From: Eledone cirrhosa
Taxonomy: Eukaryota
Assembly (NCBI GenBank): GCA_964016885.1
Contig: OZ024740.1
Coordinates: 46,500,001-46,564,000 of the forward strand
Reading direction: 5' to 3'
Length of the DNA stretch: 64,000 nucleotides
Shown: positions 58,901-64,000 of the stretch, piece after piece
Numbering within the stretch: the stretch's first letter is position 1
Layout of the letters: the number at the start of each line of letters is the position of its first letter
Program-made: the position numbers and the translations under genes
The notes under the pieces: model-generated
Database searches by the model: none
The model's input: only the letters and a program-made list of their open reading frames with translations
What the model was told of the DNA's origin: nothing

Positions 58901-61900
58901 AACAGAATTACAATGTAACCCCTACTATAGCCACAACCCAGTCTAACAGAATTACAATGTAACCTCTACTATAGCCACAACCCAGTCTAACAGAATTACA
59001 ATGTAACCTCTACTATAGCCACAACCCAACCTAACAGCAGAATTACAATGTAACCTCTACTATAGCCACAACCCAGCCTAACAGAATTACAATGTAACCT
59101 CTACTATAGCCACAACCCAGTCTAACAGAATTACAATGTAACCTCTACTATAGCCACAACCCAGTCTAACAGAATTACAATGTAACCTCTACTATAGCCA
59201 CAACCCAGTCTAAAGGAATTACAATGTAACCTCTACTATAGCCACAACCCAGTCTAACAGAATTACAATGTAACCTCTACTATAGCCACAACCCAGTCTA
59301 ACAGAATTACAATGTAACCTCTACTATAGCCACAACCCAGCCTAACAGAATTACAATGTAACCTCTACTATAGCCACAACCCAGTCTAACAGAATTACAA
59401 TGTAACCTCTACTATAGCCACAACCCAGTCTAACAGAATTACAATGTAACCTCTACTATAGCCACAACCCAGTCTAACAGAATTACAATGTAACCTCTAC
59501 TATAGCCACAACCCAACCTAACAGCAGAATTACAATGTAACCTCTACTATAGCCACAACCCAGTCTAACAGAATTACAATGTAACCTCTACTATAGCCAC
59601 AACCCAGTCTAACAGAATTACAATGTAACCTCTACTATAGCCACAACCCAACCTAACAGCAGAATTACAATGTAACCTCTACTATAGCCACAACCTAGCC
59701 TAACAGAATTACAATGTAACCTCTACTATAGCCACAACCCAGTCTAACAGAATTACAATGTAACCTCTACTATAGCCACAACCCAGTCTAACAGAATTAC
59801 AATGTAACCTCTACTATAGCCACAACCCAGTCTAACAGAATTACAATGTAACCTCTACTATAGCCACGACCCAGTCTAACAGAATTACAATGTAACCTCT
59901 ACTATAGCCACAACCCAGTCTAACAGAATTACAATGTAACCTCTACTATAGCCACAACCCAGCCTAACAGAATTACAATGTAACCTCTACTATAGCCACA
60001 ACCCAGTCTAACAGAATTACAATGTAACCTCTACTATAACCACAACCCAGTCTAACAGAATTACAATGTAACCTCTACTATAGCCACAACCCAGTCTAAC
60101 AGAATTACAATGTAACCTCTACTATAGCCACAACCCAGTCTAACAGAATTACAATGTAACCTCTACTATAGCCACAACCCAACCTAACAGCAGAATTACA
60201 ATGTAACCTCTACTATAGCCACAACCCAGCCTAACAGAATTACAATGTAACCTCTACTATAGCCACAACCCAGTCTAACAGAATTAGAATGTAACCTCTA
60301 CTATAGCCACAACCCAGTCTAACAGAATTACAATGTAACCTCTACTATAGCCACAACCTAGCCTAACAGAATTACAATGTAACCTCTACTATAGCCACAA
60401 CCCAGCCTAACAGAATTACAATGTAACCTCTACTATAGCCACAACCTAGCCTAACAGAATTACAATGTAACCTCTACTATAGCCACAACCTAGCCTAACA
60501 GAATTACAATGTAACCTCTACTATAGCCACAACCTAGCCTAACAGAATTACAATGTAACCTCTACTATAGCCACAACCTAGCCTAACAGAATTACAATGT
60601 AACCTCTACTATAGCCACAACCTAGCCTAACAGAATTACAATGTAACCTCTACTATAGCCACAACCTAGCTTAACAGAATTACAATGTAACCTCTACTAT
60701 AGCCACAACACAGCCTAACAGAATTACAATCTAACCTCTACTATAGCCACAACCCAGCCTAACAGAAGTACAATGTAACCTCTACTATAGCCACAACCCT
60801 GCCGAACAGAATTACAATGTAACCCCTACTATAGCCACAACCCAGTCTAACAGAATTACAATGTAACCTCTACTATAGCCACAACCCAGTCTAACAGAAT
60901 TACAATGTAACCTCTACTATAGCCACAACCCAACCTAACAGCAGAATTACAATGTAACCTCTACTATAGCCACAACCCAGCCTAACAGAATTACAATGTA
61001 ACCTCTACTATAGCCACAACCCAGTCTAACAGAATTACAATGTAACCTCTACTATAGCCACAACCCAGTCTAACAGAATTACAATGTAACCTCTACTATA
61101 GCCACAACCCAGTCTAACAGAATTACAATGTAACCTCTACTATAGCCACAACCCAGTCTAACAGAATTACAATGTAACCTCTACTATAGCCACAACCCAG
61201 TCTAACAGAATTACAATGTAACCTCTACTATAGCCACAACCCAGTCTAACAGATTTACAATGTAACCTCTACTATAGCCACAACCCAACCTAACAGCAGA
61301 ATTACAATGTAACCTCTACTATAGCCACAACCCAGCCTAACAGAATTACAATGTAACCTCTACTATAGCCACAACCCAGTCTAACAGAATTACAATGTAA
61401 CCTCTACTGTAGCCACAACCCAGTCTAACAGAATTACAATGTAACCTCTACTGTAGCCACAACCCAGTCTAACAGAATTACAATGTAACCTCTACTATAG
61501 CCACAACCCAGTCTAACAGAATTACAATGTAACCTCTACTATAGCCACAACCTAGCCTAACAGAATTACAATGTAACCTCTACTATAGCCACAACCCAGC
61601 CTAACAGAATTACAATGTAACCTCTACTATAGCCACAACCTAGCCTAACAGAATTACAATGTAACCTCTACTATAGCCACAACCTAGCCTAACAGAATTA
61701 CAATGTAACCTCTACTATAGCCACAACCTAGCCTAACAGAATTACAATGTAACCTCTACTATAGCCACAACCTAGCCTAACAGAATTACAATGTAACCTC
61801 TACTATAGCCACAACCTAGCCTAACAGAATTACAATGTAACCTCTACTATAGCCACAACCTAGCTTAACAGAATTACAATGTAACCTCTACTATAGCCAC

Positions 61901-64000
61901 AACACAGCCTAACAGAATTACAATCTAACCTCTACTATAGCCACAACCCAGCCTAACAGAATTACAATGTAACCTCTACTATAGCCACAACCCAGCCTAA
62001 CAGAATTACAATGTAACCTCTACTATAGCCACAACCCAGTCTAACAGAATTACAATGTAACCTCTACTATAGCCACAACCCAGCCTAACAGAATTACAAT
62101 GTAACCTCTACTATAGCCACAACCCTGCCGAACAGAATTACAATGTAACCCCTACTATAGCCACAACCCAGCCTAACAGAATTACAATGTAACCTCTACT
62201 ATAGCCACAACCCAACCTAACAGCAGAATTACAATGTAACCTCTACTATAGCCACAACCCAGCCTAACAGAATTACAATGTAACCTCTACTATAGCCACA
62301 ACCCAGTCTAACAGAATTACAATGTAACCTCTACTATAGCCACAACCCAGCCTAACAGAATTACAATGTAACCTCTACTATAGCCACAACCCAGCCTAAC
62401 AGAATTACAATGTAACCCCTACTATAGCCACAACCCAGTCTAACAGAATTACAATGTAACCTCTACTATAGCCACAACCCAGTCTAACAGAATTACAATG
62501 TAACCTCTACTATAGCCACAACCCAACCTAACAGCAGAATTACAATGTAACCTCTACTATAGCCACAACCCAGCCTAACAGAATTACAATGTAACCTCTA
62601 CTATAGCCACAACCCAGTCTAACAGAATTACAATGTAACCTCTACTATAGCCACAACCCAGTCTAACAGAATTACAATGTAACCTCTACTATAGCCACAA
62701 CCCAGTCTAAAGGAATTACAATGTAACCTCTACTATAGCCACAACCCAGTCTAACAGAATTACAATGTAACCTCTACTATAGCCACAACCCAACCTAACA
62801 GCAGAATTACAATGTAACCTCTACTATAGCCACAACCCAGCCTAACAGAATTACAATGTAACCTCTACTATAGCCACAACCCAGTCTAACAGAATTACAA
62901 TGTAACCTCTACTATAGCCACAACCCAGTCTAACAGAATTACAATGTAACCTCTACTATAGCCACAACCCAGTCTAAAGGAATTACAATGTAACCTCTAC
63001 TATAGCCACAACCCAGTCTAACAGAATTACAATGTAACCTCTACTATAGCCACAACCCAGTCTAACAGAATTACAATGTAACCTCTACTATAGCCACAAC
63101 CCAGCCTAACAGAATTACAATGTAACCTCTACTATAGCCACAACCCAGTCTAACAGAATTACAATGTAACCTCTACTATAGCCACAACCCAGTCTAACAG
63201 AATTACAATGTAACCTCTACTATAGCCACAACCCAGTCTAACAGAATTACAATGTAACCTCTACTATAGCCACAACCCAACCTAACAGCAGAATTACAAT
63301 GTAACCTCTACTATAGCCACAACCCAGTCTAACAGAATTACAATGTAACCTCTACTATAGCCACAACCCAGTCTAACAGAATTACAATGTAACCTCTACT
63401 ATAGCCACAACCCAGTCTAACAGAATTACAATGTAACCTCTACTATAGCCACAACCCAGTCTAACAGAATTACAATGTAACCTCTACTATAGCCACAACC
63501 CAGCCTAACAGAATTACAATGTAACCTCTACTATAGCCACAACCCAGTCTAACAGAATTACAATGTAACCTCTACTATAGCCACAACCCAGTCTAACAGA
63601 ATTACAATGTAACCTCTACTATAGCCACAACCCAGTCTAACAGAATTACAATGTAACCTCTACTATAGCCACAACCCAACCTAACAGCAGAATTACAATG
63701 TAACCTCTACTATAGCCACAACCTAGCCTAACAGAATTACAATGTAACCTCTACTATAGCCACAACCCAGTCTAACAGAATTACAATGTAACCTCTACTA
63801 TAGCCACAACCCAGTCTAACAGAATTACAATGTAACCTCTACTATAGCCACAACCCAGTCTAACAGAATTACAATGTAACCTCTACTATAGCCACAACCC
63901 AGTCTAACAGAATTACAATGTAACCTCTACTATAGCCACAACCCAGTCTAACAGAATTACAATGTAACCTCTACTATAGCCACAACCCAGCCTAACAGAA
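55951..64000. repeat. Array domain III (variants TCTAAAGGA, TAGCTTAAC, AATCTAACC, CCCTGCCGAAC, TACTGTAG)
   Basis: TAAAGGA occurs at ~56822, 59214, 62711 and 62977; TAGCTTAAC at 58368, ~60671 and 61865; CCCTGCCGAAC at ~58628, 60800 and 62126. The GTCAC, TAAACTCT and CTAGCAG variants common further left were not seen here. Confidence 0.8.
57600..62760. repeat. Higher-order duplication, offset 3,497 bp
   Basis: CAGATTTAC at 57757/61254, TACTGTAG at 57912/61409, TAGCTTA at 58368/61865, TAAAGGA at 59214/62711. Ends approximate. Confidence 0.87.

Larger units (their letters stand above)
1..64000. repeat. 44-bp tandem satellite array, about 1,450 monomers, single orientation, open at both window ends
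   Basis: ATGTAACCTC recurs at 1, 45, 89 and onward with 44-bp period to the end of the window. Consensus ATGTAACCTCTACTATAGCCACAACCYAGYCTAACAGAATTACA. Monomers typically differ by 0-3 substitutions, with occasional +3 (CAG duplication), +1 or -1 length variants. No non-repeat sequence was seen. Confidence 0.99.

Noticed and set aside
1-64000. CRISPR array (conserved ~30-bp part plus a variable ~12-bp part)
   Set aside because: The variable part consists of point variants of one sequence, not unique spacers. The 44-bp period is too short for repeat plus spacer, and there is no leader or cas gene.
1-64000. Repetitive protein-coding ORF
   Set aside because: Each monomer has + strand stops (TAA at 4, TAG at 16, TAA at 32) and - strand stops (TAA and three TAG). 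Because 44 is not a multiple of 3, every frame closes within about 100 nt.
1-64000. Open frame under a TAA/TAG-reassigned (ciliate-type) genetic code, since the + consensus lacks TGA
   Set aside because: There is no evidence for such a code. Absence of TGA is expected in a G-poor 44-mer, and the period and 1-bp indels show no codon constraint.
1-64000. Canonical telomerase-synthesised tract or G-quadruplex array
   Set aside because: There are no tandem TTAGG or TTAGGG runs. Multi-kb ordered variant duplications indicate recombination or copying rather than template addition, and the minus-strand G-runs are mostly GG with at most one GGG per monomer.
1-64000. tRNA, rRNA, snRNA or transposon-derived units
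   Set aside because: No cloverleaf, Pol III boxes, terminal repeats or recognisable homology were seen, and no interruption of the array was found.
1-64000. Pure sequencing or assembly artefact (concatemer)
   Set aside because: Hierarchically shared variants and position-dependent domains fit biological evolution. Individual near-identical duplications still need read validation.

Overview
The whole 64 kb window is one uninterrupted, head-to-tail tandem array (satellite/minisatellite DNA) of a 44-bp monomer, consensus ATGTAACCTCTACTATAGCCACAACCYAGYCTAACAGAATTACA. It holds about 1,450 copies, is about 39% GC, is strongly C/A-rich on the + strand and has no CpG in the consensus. The array runs off both ends of the window. 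I found no protein-coding gene, RNA gene, transposon insertion, inversion or CRISPR array. The information lies in the order of monomer variants: rare diagnostic variants show nested multi-kilobase duplications (offsets 1,366, 2,555, 3,497, ~3.9 k, 4,891, 5,376, 14,452 and 19,828 bp) and three successive domains with different variant repertoires (about 1-36 kb, 36-56 kb, 56-64 kb). The monomer contains an interrupted palindrome (TTACA-A-TGTAA) and CCTAA/TTAGG telomere-like words. Organism and function cannot be assigned from this window, and no new biological system is directly supported. All offsets were read by eye from marker positions and domain boundaries are approximate.
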